From assembly GCA_964016885.1 (NCBI GenBank), contig OZ024758.1:16492001-16556000 (forward strand): 64,000 bases of DNA. Reading direction: 5' to 3'. This DNA comes from Eledone cirrhosa. Its lineage: Eukaryota. This document shows, one piece after another, positions 53,440 through 64,000 of this stretch. The translations under genes were made by a program, and so were the position numbers. How positions within the stretch are numbered: position 1 is the stretch's first letter; every line of letters starts with the position of its first letter. Below the pieces are notes generated by a model. That model was not told the DNA's origin and made no database searches. It saw only the letters and a program-made list of their open reading frames with translations.

Positions 53440-53760
53440 TTATATATGTATGTATATATATGTATATATATATATGTATGTATGTATATATGTATGTATA
53501 TATATATGTATGTATATATATATGTATGTATATGTATGTATATATATATATGTATGTATGTATATATATATGTATGTATATGTATTTATATATGTATATA
53601 TATATATGTATGTATGTATTTATATATGTATGTATATATATATGTATGTATGTATATATATATATATATATGTATGTATTTATATACGTATGTATATACA
53701 TGTATGTTTGTATATATATATGTGTATATTCAATTATATATATGTATATATATATATTTG
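52440..53760. repeat. (TA)n/(TATG)n array
   Basis: Direct reading; 470-570 aa ORFs are artefacts. Confidence 0.95.
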
Positions 53761-54240
53761 TGGTTATGTTTGTATAATGTCTGCATCTGCTCATGTGTTG
53801 AAGATTGTATGTACACAAAATGTGTAAACATAATTTAGCTACGGGCTTTTTCATAAAATGGTACACTTGATTAATAATGGCGACTACTATATATGTAAGG
53901 TATGTTATAATATACTGGATGAATAATGAAATTTTGAGTAACAATTTGTTTTCTAATAAATATTGAAAACATTTTTTATTGAAAATATAATATAAAATCT
54001 GTAGAATTATTTTTATGTAATATATATTTTGTAAACTTTTGAACCCCAAAACAATATATTTTAGAACGTAAACGACGATGGGGTTAGAAGAGAACGGATG
54101 TTTGTGTATTTGCGTCATAGGTTTGTTATACATTTTATGGTTCCTACTCCCAGAAAAATTTATTTCAACATCAACTTCCACATCAAGTTTGTTGATCGGA
54201 CGGACCTAGGTTTTGACATTTTTGACAGACAATTATTCTT

Positions 54241-54425
54241 GGTGAATTGGCAGTAGCGGTAGAGCGTCGGTCGCCATGATTTCCAGCATAGTTACGTCCC
54301 TTTACGATCCGTGTTCCAATCCCGCCGAGGTTAACTTTGCCTTTCATACTTACGGGGTCGATAAAACAAAGTACCAGTAATGCACTGGATAATTGCTGGC
54401 CTTGTGCCAAAAGTAGAAACAATTA
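54241..54425 (+). mobile_element. SINE family A
   Basis: TSD-like acaattatt(c/t)ttggt. Confidence 0.85.
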
Positions 54426-54876
54426 TTTTTGGTTTTCTAATGATAAGTCCCTCTCTTTTCTATTTAGAAAGAATGTCATGAACTGAAGGAGGCGTTTCTA
54501 AACCACATTTCTATTTTATTTCACGGTAAAAAAGTTAGTTCATAGGCTGACTATGAAGGAGTGATGTTAGAGCTTTGAAATCTTGCATGCATTAAATTGA
54601 ACTCTTTTTATGAATAACTGCATTGTTTCTTTCCGGGGACTATGTTGAAAAATAAACCTCATTTGGTCATTCCATGAGAGTATCTTGGTCTGATAAGTGT
54701 ATTGGACGTTTCTGTTAAGATTGTCAATTTTCCCGAAACCTTCGGTAATTGAACAATTATTTTATGTCGTTTATTTGTAACTAAATAGCTCTGTACTATA
54801 CATAGAACACTCTTCTTCCCTTTACCTTTTCTACAGAAATACACACACACACATATACATATATATATATATATAT

Positions 54877-55056
54877 AACGAAGGAAATGTGGTAAGGAAC
54901 CAGGTGGACCATAACGCACCAAAGTACTCAATACTTAGGGTAGTAGGAACGAGTAGGGCCCCGACGGCTGAGCTCAAGCCGTTTCGATGGCTAATTCAGT
55001 CCAGTATCAGCCGTCGAAACGGCTTGAGCTCAACCGTCGGGGTCCTACTCGTTCCT
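54877..55056 (-). mobile_element. Mini-element family H2 (palindromic)
   Basis: Inverted arms around gatggctaattcagtccagtatcagccgtc; followed by an H3 fragment at 55073-55118. Confidence 0.8.
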
Positions 55057-55422
55057 ATATATATATATATAAGTTTCTCCTGAATGAAACAGTTCTAGTC
55101 TTGTAGAAGCTATTTCTTAGTCGCTAGGCTTTTATTTCTTATTTTCATACTCAAAGGAAAATCTTGTTTATAAAAAATGCTTTACTTAAATCATCCACAA
55201 CATCCACAAATCTATCACAATCCATGCCGTTGGCATAAAAATGTTATTTTTTAAATTAATTCCTATTTTATCATAATTATTTCCCGTTTATGTGTGTTGT
55301 TAACAAATATTGCTAGCGCTTTTTTTCTAATTTCAAATATGTGGAAACTTTCAATTTATTTACTGTGTTTAGTTCATTCAGTACATCTACATCTATCTAT
55401 TTATCTCTCTCTCTATATATAT

Positions 55423-55578
55423 AACGAAGGAAATGTGGTAAGGAACCAGGTGGACCATAACGCACCAAAGTACTCAATACTTAGGGTAGTAGAGTGGGTA
55501 ATAGGAACCAGTAAGACCCCGACGGCTGAGCTCAAGCCGTTTCGACGGCTAATTCTGGATATATATATACATATAGTC

Positions 55579-55611
<33 letters not shown>

Positions 55612-55678
55612 CATATAGTCCAGAATTAGCCGTCGAAACGGCTTGAGCTCAGCCGTCGGGGTCTTACTGGTTCCTATT
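55423..55678 (-). mobile_element. Mini-element family H2 with (TA)n spacer between arms
   Basis: Arms about 55499-55559 and 55619-55678. Confidence 0.8.
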
Positions 55679-55831
55679 ATCTCTCTCTATATATATACAT
55701 ATATTTATCTACCTATATATATACATATTTATATATATATCTACCTATATATCTACCCATCTATCTACCTACATATCTATTTATCTTTCCATCTATCTAT
55801 CTATCTGTCTACTTGTCTACCTAACTATCTA

Positions 55832-56020
55832 TCATACGTGTATGATGGTAATGGTCCGTGGACTTGCAGTTACACCCATGGTGATAGTCTGGTGGAAAGT
55901 GGTGTACGGCTGACGAATGAGTTCCCTCTGGTCTTGTTAACGATGAAACCTACTCTATGATCGTATTTGGTGTCAACACCACGGCACCACAGTTTGTGGT
56001 CTTTGTCTGTAGTTGGCTGG
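55832..56020 (-). mobile_element. RTE LINE apurinic-endonuclease fragment
   Basis: TTDKDHKLWCRG...HRVGFIVNK...TPLSTR/ITMGVTASPRTITIIHV (1 frameshift) fits the GVGFIV...RxI...ITIIQVYAPT motifs. Confidence 0.7.
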
Positions 56021-56659
56021 AACAGGTTTTAGATAAATTCTTGTATTCTACATTTTAACTTATGATGAATTTATAGTCCGGTCAGAATTCTGCCTGGTAC
56101 TCGTACCATGAAACCCAATATAGCCACCTTCATATTTGGCTGGTCGGCAATTAAACCTGCTCTCTTTCAAAAACCCTAGTCTGGTCAGATCAGGTTTCTG
56201 CCTGCTACTGGTACGATGAAACCAAGGACAATCTGCTTCATGGTCAGGTGGTCGGCGACTAAACCGGGTCCCCTGCCAGAACCATGTGAATAGGATATGT
56301 GGAACCACAGAAGCACACAAAAAGGGCAGATGTACTCCTCAGAATCAACAGCCATCCACTCACAATTGGCCAAGCGTCGTGAGTACGGTTACTCACCTGA
56401 TATGACCAAATCCAAGCTGAAATTGATGGAGTTCAACCAGGGGGCGATTCCTTGAACAGGAGTGAATAGGCTCTGAATTAGATTGGATTTAATTTATGGA
56501 CATAATATATTTTGTTATCAAAATATTAATGAAATATCGGAGTAATATCATATTTAATGGCCAGTCTTATCGGGTAAGTCCTTGACTCTATTCGAGCTTC
56601 ACACAACATGTGCAGACTTATCCAGTTGTTATTATAACAAACATGTATATGTTAAAATA

Positions 56660-56930
56660 AAAAATCAGCTCGAACGTAGCACAGAGGAGACTGAGGTTAG
56701 CTGGACATGCTCACCGACATCCAGAGTTGACATTACACTCAGTGCTCCTGTGAGAGCCCTTGCATTGACACACTGGAAGAGAAATACCAAGGTTGACATA
56801 TGTTGATGTCCTAAGGACAGATACTGGTCTGTTGGAGACGCAGGACATGGCAGCGATGATGAGGGAGGGAGACCGCTGGAGAGAACTCGTTCATGGATCT
56901 CAGGAATTTTACCCGCCCTAGATAGATAGA
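56660..56930 (+). mobile_element. RTE LINE 3' end, same family as 10205-10495
   Basis: Sequence match; (GATA) tail; TSD atatgttaaaat. Confidence 0.85.
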
Positions 56931-57138
56931 TATGTTAAAATGTATTACACAACAAATATTCGAGTTTCAAACAACGTGTGCTGACTTATCCAGTTGTTAC
57001 CATAACAAACATGTATATGTTAAAATGTATAACACAACAAGAACTGTGCAGCATTTAGTCTTGATACCAATTTTTAAGTATATATAAAACGTGAGGCAGT
57101 AGAGAACCAACTAGAATATCGTTTCTGATCAAATATTA

Positions 57139-57567
57139 TTAACCCTTTAGCATTTAAACCGGCCATATCCGGCCAGAATTCTCTTACCTCTGTCTGTTCA
57201 AATCAACTGTAACTGGCCGCTTATACTGATGTTAAGCTATTGTTCTCAAAATAAATAATATCAAAATCTTGTAGATTCAATATAATTGTTTCTACTTTAG
57301 GCACAAGGCCAGCAATTACCCAGTGTATTACCGGTACTTTATTTTATCGACCCCGTAAGGAAGAAAGGCAAAGTCAACCTTGGCGGTATTTTAACTCAGA
57401 TCGTAAAGGGACGTAACTATGCTGCAAAGCATGGCGTCCGACCCTCTACCGATACTGCCAATCCTCCGCTCTAGATTCAATATAATATGAGATAATTATG
57501 TAAGATAAATCCTTTACTATAAAAATACAATAGTATATATAGAGTAATGTAAATGGTAAGGGGTTAA
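57139..57567. mobile_element. piggyBac-like MITE containing a SINE family A insertion (57284-57470, minus)
   Basis: TTAA-ccctttagcattta...taaatggtaagggg-TTAA; SINE TSD tagattcaatataat. Confidence 0.8.
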
Positions 57568-58374
57568 ATAACCGCGACTTTTGTGCTAGACTTGTATACA
57601 TAGTTATTTATATGGCATATATATTTCGGCATTATCGTTCTCTCATCAAATGCAACTTTAATATCTTAAGGCAGCTGTCCACTGAAAAATGACTGCCAGA
57701 ATAATGTTTTGTATATTGTGCTACAGCAAGCAAACGTAAGCACAAACGAAAGTTAAGATCGAGTAAAGGAAAACATACTTCAAGTCCGTTCTATACAATG
57801 CATCTGTAGCTTCCGTTATGAAAATAAGCAAAACAATATCTGTTGTATTGAAATAGATATGGATACTGGAGAAGTGAGATGCCAATAATGAAAGGATCGA
57901 ATGATTAGTTTTAGAACGAGAATGCTTACGCTCTTGCATCGAGAATATCACATTTGAATGTATTCAGGTGAAACGACAGATTTAACATAAGAAATCGCAT
58001 CCAATTCCTTAATGAGGAAAATATACTATCTACAGTATCATATTCTACTCACAGATAAATCAAAATACAGTTCTCGCTGAAAGAAATCTTTCTCACGACA
58101 AACGCTTAAGATTAACTAAAATCTAAATTTTCCAGAACATATATCTGTAACAAATAACAAACACGAAGGATCAGATATTTCGAAAAATATCCTTTAATGC
58201 TTGAAAGAGCGGAAATATTTAGCGATATTTAACTTTAATTATATACAGTTTGGAATCCTAAAAGAGGAATTTCATGACATTTGTTCATCCACTTTGTTCT
58301 GAAGAAATCGATATAGGCCGGTATCTGATAGATAGGTTTGGAGAAGTGGAAATTCCAGATGCTTGCAGTTATGG

Positions 58375-58828
58375 AAATAAGAAGAAGAAAAAGAAGAGGA
58401 AGTGGTAGAAAAAGAAAAAGAAGAAAAAAAGAAGGAAGAAGACGGAAGGAAGAAGGCGGAAGGAAGAAGGCGGAAAAAAAGAAGGAAGATGAAAGAAGAA
58501 AGAAGAAAAGTAAAAAGAAAAAAATAAGAAAAAAGAAAAAGAAAAAGAAAAAGAAAAAGAAAAAGAAAAAGAAAAAGAAAAAGAAAATCAAGAAAGAAAA
58601 GAAAAAGAAAAAGAAAAAGAAAAAGAAAAAGAAAAAGAAAAAGAAAAAGAAAAAGAAAAAGAAAAATAAGAAAGAAAAAAGAAAAAAGAAAAAAGAAAAA
58701 AGAAAAAAGAAAAAAGAAAAAAGAAAAAAGAAAAAAGAAAAAAGAAAAAAGAAAAAAGAAAAAAGAAAAAAGAAAAAAGAAAAAAGAAAAAAGAAAAAAG
58801 AAAAAAGAAAAAAGAAAAAAGAAAAAGA
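58375..58828. repeat. Polypurine (GAAAAA)n/(GAAAAAA)n tract
   Basis: Direct reading; the poly-Lys ORF is an artefact. Confidence 0.9.
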
Positions 58829-59056
58829 ATTGAACGAAATCTTTATGAAAAGATTTGGTAGTCGAGACAGTAAGTGGTTAGCGTGTTGTGTGTTTTCGTG
58901 GCTGGGGGAAGGCGTTCAGAGGTTTAGCGAGAAATTCAAAGCAGGGACAGCTTGAGTTGGAAGCGAGCTGATAGGTGAAAACGAATGGCTTTATTTCTAT
59001 ATAAAGTTTCGGTGTTGAATAGCAACAATACCCTACCAGCTATTGTGACAGCTAAG

Positions 59057-59140
<84 letters not shown>

Positions 59141-59243
59141 TAACGCCAGTAAGAGACTTTAGAGAGATGACATAAATATTTGTTATGCAAAATGATAGAT
59201 GTTCAATAAATATGGAGTCGTTTGTAAATAGAAACGATTTCAT

Positions 59244-59520
59244 ATACGAGAGTCAGCTTAAAGGTTCATAGGCTGACCAAATGAAGCTTATTTTTCAACA
59301 TAGTCCCTGGGAAGAAACAATGCAGTTATTGATAAGAGTTGAAATTAATGCATGTAAGATTTAGCATCATTCTAGCATCATCCCTTCATAGGCTGACAAG
59401 ACACTCTCATGGAATGACAAAATGGAGCTTATTTTTCAACATAGTCCCTGGGAAGAAACAATGCAGTTATTCATAAGAAGAGTTGAAATTAATACATGTA
59501 AGATTTTACAGCATAAGCAA
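59244..59520 (+). mobile_element. Mariner-like non-autonomous fragment with internal duplication (related piece 54530-54680)
   Basis: TA-cgag...gttcataggctgac start; ttatttttcaacatagtccc repeated. Confidence 0.45.
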
Positions 59521-59904
59521 CACTCCAGCAACAACAACAACTAGACTAAGGCTAAAAAAGGCGAAGTCGTGATTGGGAAGCCTCAGATATTAACTTTATT
59601 ACTAAAGAGCTGATCAGGCGTTAACCACAACCAACAATAACAAACACAAATGCTACGAAACCACAAAAAGTATACAAAAATAGAGGCAAAAATGCTGGAT
59701 AGGAAGAGAAAAGAGCCATTCGTTTTCCTTGGTCTTTCCACTGTTCATATTATATATCCGTCGTAACTCCTGGTAGAATCGTCGTAAATCCTGGTAGAAT
59801 CGTCACCAATTTTCCCGTAAAAAGGGACGGGATTTGGATACAGAACTAACAAAGCCAGAACATATAATACTAATCTTCTCGTTACAGTCCTGGAAAAATG
59901 AGAT

Positions 59905-60200
59905 GCAAAAATATCCGCGGCGGGATTTCATAAAAGAGTTGAGAGAGACGAATCATTTTAGAGCTCAAAGAGACGGATAAAAAAAAAAAATATCCGCGGC
60001 GGGATTTCATAAAAGAGTTGAGAGAGACGAATCATTTTAGAGCTCAAAGAGACGGATAAAAAAAAAAAATATCCGCGGCGGGATTTCATGAAAGAGCTGA
60101 GAGAGACGGATAAAAAAAAAGCTCAGAGAGTCGGACCATTTTAGAGCTGAATGAGACGGATCAAAAACTGAGAATACAACGCTCTAACGACTCTGCCAAG
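59905..60200. repeat. 79-bp tandem repeat (about 3 units), apparently derived from a SINE head
   Basis: atccgcggc at 59913, 59992, 60071; ends gctctaacgactctgccaa (SINE 5' end, minus strand). Confidence 0.75.
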
Positions 60201-60806
60201 TGAGTAAATTAGTCTTATATAATGGAATTCGTTAGCTTCCGATAAAATTTCGTTTATTCGTCAATAAAGTTTGTTGTAGATGTTTGTTGAAAAGCTTTGA
60301 TGTTTCATGCTAAAATAAAATGTTATTCTTTTGTATGATCTTCGGCGTTCTTCCTCTGTGACCTCCATTTTCTTACACCTGTTACTTCACTCTCGCCTAC
60401 AAACCAACACAAACACACATCTCATACGCATCCACATACACGTTGATTCCCTGTTCTCTCCCTATATCCCCCTCTCAACATTTCTCTATCTACCTCTCCC
60501 CATCTCTCCCTAATAAGTAGTTACAGTTATGCATAAAGCTTTTATCATGATTAGTAATTGATTTTTTTAGGAAAATTGCTCAAAATAGCTAACTAGCACT
60601 GGGTAAAAGAAAAGAAAAGAAGAAGGGAATCATTTTCTCTCCCTTTATATATATATATATATATTATATATATGTATACATGTGCATGTGTGTGCACATG
60701 TATATATATATATATATATATGTGTGTGTATATATGTATATATATATACGTATGTGTATGTGTGTATATATATGCATGTGTATATATATATATATATATA
60801 CATATA

Positions 60807-60839
<33 letters not shown>

Positions 60840-61556
60840 GTGTATATATATATATATACATATATGTGTGTGTGAGTGTAAATATATGTGTGTGTGTGTG
60901 TATACATGTATGTGTGTGGCGTGTATATGCGTGGGCATATATGTGAATGTGTATATATATGAGCGTCTCTATGTACATATATATTCACACACACACACAC
61001 AGACACACACACAAACACACACACACACACAGCACAGACTAACATATAGATGTGTTATCCCAGAAATACGAAATCAAATTTCACTCTAAACATACGTTTA
61101 GCTGTTGTCGGTTTTAAGCTTTCTCTTCTAAATTTATTTCCTTTAAGTTCTATATATTTTGTTTTCCCTTTAAAGTATTCAACATTACCATTATTGACGG
61201 TGAGTTGTTCAATAATATCTTAGAAAGATATTTTAGAAAAATTTCCTGGGATTCGTGTTAAAAGTGTTAGGTCATATTGATCCATAGAAAATATGGCATC
61301 TGATATTGACTAAAACTAAATTATGTGTGTCCAAATAGATACGTATAATACAAATTTAGACTAACGTGCGAGTACATACTGATAAACGTAAATACAAACA
61401 TACATGCAAATACATACAGACACACACACACACTCGTGTGTTTGTATATATATATATATATATATATATAATCCAAATTTTGTGTAAGTATGAATGTATG
61501 CATGTAAGAATGTATGTATGTAAGAATGTATGTATGTGTGCATGTTGCATATATGC

Positions 61557-61588
<32 letters not shown>

Positions 61589-61674
61589 ATATGAATGTAT
61601 TCATATATATATTTATATATATATACAGAGAGAGGGAGAGAGACGCCCACACACACACAAATATATATATATAT

Positions 61675-61710
<36 letters not shown>

Positions 61711-61739
61711 ATATATGATATATATATATATCTATCTAT

Positions 61740-61842
61740 CTAAGGCGGGTAAAATTCCCGAGATCCATGGACGAGTTCTCTCCAGCGGTCTCTGTCCCTC
61801 ATTATCGCTGCCATGTCCGTCTCCAACAGACCAGTGTCTGTA
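61740..61842 (-). mobile_element. RTE LINE extreme 3' end, same family as 10390-10495
   Basis: TDTGLLETDMAAIMRDRDRWRELVHGSREFYPP*. Confidence 0.85.
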
Positions 61843-62329
61843 CTGAGTGATATATATATATATGATATATATATATGATATATATATATGATATATATAT
61901 ATATAGATATCATATATATATGATATATATATATATATATTTGTATGTATAAATGCGAACTTACATAGATGCATTTATATATACATAGATGCATGCATAT
62001 ATACATAGGTGCATGCATATATACATAGGGTACATGCATATTTATACATAGGTGCATGCATATATACATATATACATATATACATATAAACATACGTAGA
62101 CCATACATACATATATAACAGTGGAATATTTTTCAAATATTTAGCGCACACAAACATTCTCGCCAGAACACTAACTTGGTTCCTGACACATTAATTCGCA
62201 TACACAGAAACACACACACACGTGTATGTGTGTGTGTTTGTTTTTGTTTAACTGTATAGATATTTTTATACGTAATATTATAATGTATGTATGTATATAT
62301 GTATGTATGCATGGATATATACATATATA

Positions 62330-62710
62330 GGCATAATTCTAGGAGAAGGAAAACTCTGATATAACACCTGCAACCCTGATGGTATCCAATGATGTTGACT
62401 TGTTCTTCTTTTTGGTAAATATCATCTTGGTTAAGAGAGTGGGACTGGCTTTGTGCAGTGCCTTTGCTCACTATAAAAGCTTCACGGCACAGGCATTGCT
62501 TTATATCTGGAGATCTCTCTGCACTTGTCGTCACATGGTACCATGGGCCCAGCAGTATGTGTCAATAATTGTCACAAGTGTAGTGTTTGTACCAGAGTTT
62601 TCAAGTCGCTGGCTGGACTAAAAAGTCACACTCGTTCAGCGCATCGGTAGGGGTTCTCCTACATGGATATAAAGTAGTGGCCGTACTCGAAAACGAGTTG
62701 GCAGCCACCA
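62330..62710 (+). mobile_element. RTE-derived element: 5'-UTR-like segment joined to a C-terminal C2H2 finger and 3' hairpin
   Basis: ctaggagaaggaaaactctga; [22 protein letters not shown] (62573-62650); hairpin actcg-aaaa-cgagt. Confidence 0.55.
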
Positions 62711-63147
62711 TGCATGGATATATGTATGCCTGTATGTATATGCCTGTATATATGATTGCATCTATGTATATATACATGCATCTATGTAAGTACGCGTGTA
62801 TGAATATATACACGTATGCATGCATGTATGTATATATGTATGTATGCATTCATCCATGTAAGTATATGAGTATGCATGCATTCATGTATGCATGTAGAGG
62901 TGTATATATACACCTATATATACATATATATATATATACATATTCATATACATACACATATATATACACATATATATATATATACATATATATAGATATA
63001 TATATTTATATATATATACACACACACACATATATATATACACACACATATATATATATATACACACATATATATATATATACACACACATATATATATA
63101 TACACACATATATATAAACATACATATATATATACACACGCACGCAC

Positions 63148-63178
<31 letters not shown>

Positions 63179-63259
63179 TATATACACATACGCACACACA
63201 CATATACACATATACACATATATATATACACATACGCACACACACATATACACACAGAC

Positions 63260-63316
<57 letters not shown>

Positions 63317-63319
63317 TAT

Positions 63320-63363
63320 ATGCAAATTTTCAGTTATAAACCCTCGTTTATTTATACACGATC

Positions 63364-63394
<31 letters not shown>

Positions 63395-63400
63395 GACATA

Positions 63401-63450
<50 letters not shown>

Positions 63451-63712
63451 TATATGCAAATTTTCAGTTATAAACCCTCGTTTATTTATACACGATCTTA
63501 TATATATATATATATTTAAGACCGTGTATAAATAAACGAGGGTTTATAACTGAATATTTGCACTGTACGCATTTACTTTGATCTAAATAAATTACTGAAT
63601 CAATTCTGTATTGATCTAAGTAAAGGATTTATTCGTTAAGTATTGTGAAAACTAATCGTGTTACTAGTACATACTATATCAGCAGAGAGGTATTTACAGC
63701 TACATGTCTGCC
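63320..63712. mobile_element. Mini-element with one plus-strand and two inverted terminal copies separated by microsatellite
   Basis: About 45-nt segment at 63320-63365 and 63455-63500, inverted at 63517-63562. Confidence 0.7.
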
Positions 63713-63759
<47 letters not shown>

Positions 63760-63760
<1 letters not shown>

Positions 63761-63975
63761 GATCGATCGACTTTCGTCAAATCGGACCGAGGAAACAATG
63801 TTATCGGCGATCTTTCCAGTTGCTGATACTATCTATCGGTCGCAACTCCAGGTAGAAGGAGCAACGTGAAATAAAGTGTCTTGCTCAAGGACATAACGCA
63901 TCGCCTGGTCCAGGAATCGAGCTCACAACCTCAAGATTGTGAATCCAATTCTCTAACCACTCAGCCACACGCCTT
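63760..63975 (-). mobile_element. SINE family B
   Basis: Near identical to 12495-12708. Confidence 0.85.
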
Positions 63976-64000
63976 CACACACACATATATATATATATAT

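Noticed and set aside
55904-55965. CTGACGA...GAAA hammerhead-like motif
   Set aside because: No valid stem III or NUH; explained as the antisense of an RTE endonuclease fragment
58338-58955. Poly-Lys ORF
   Set aside because: Polypurine simple repeat

Overview
AT-rich eukaryotic (animal) intergenic or intronic DNA saturated with microsatellites. The tRNA-derived SINEs and the (TA)n/(CA)n load resemble octopod cephalopod genomes (inference). No intact host gene is supported, and nearly all long ORFs are translated simple repeats. Recognisable content: two SINE families, RTE, Tx1/L1 and R4-like LINE fragments, hAT, piggyBac, Tc2/pogo and mariner MITEs, Helitron-like ends, and several minisatellites. 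The main signal, found by manual base-pairing, is a dense set of type I hammerhead ribozyme (HHR) folds: about 12 complete or near-complete and about 10 half copies. They lie in roughly ten unrelated short non-coding elements, almost all inserted in (TA)n tracts. They have palindromic stem III loops like the minimal HHRs of Penelope-like elements and retrozymes. One sits in a 568-bp tandem repeat (retrozyme-like). One family keeps a non-canonical CAGAAGA core. Many elements are fold-back palindromes whose inversion point lies in or next to the ribozyme core or stem II. All folds are predicted by eye and no activity is shown.
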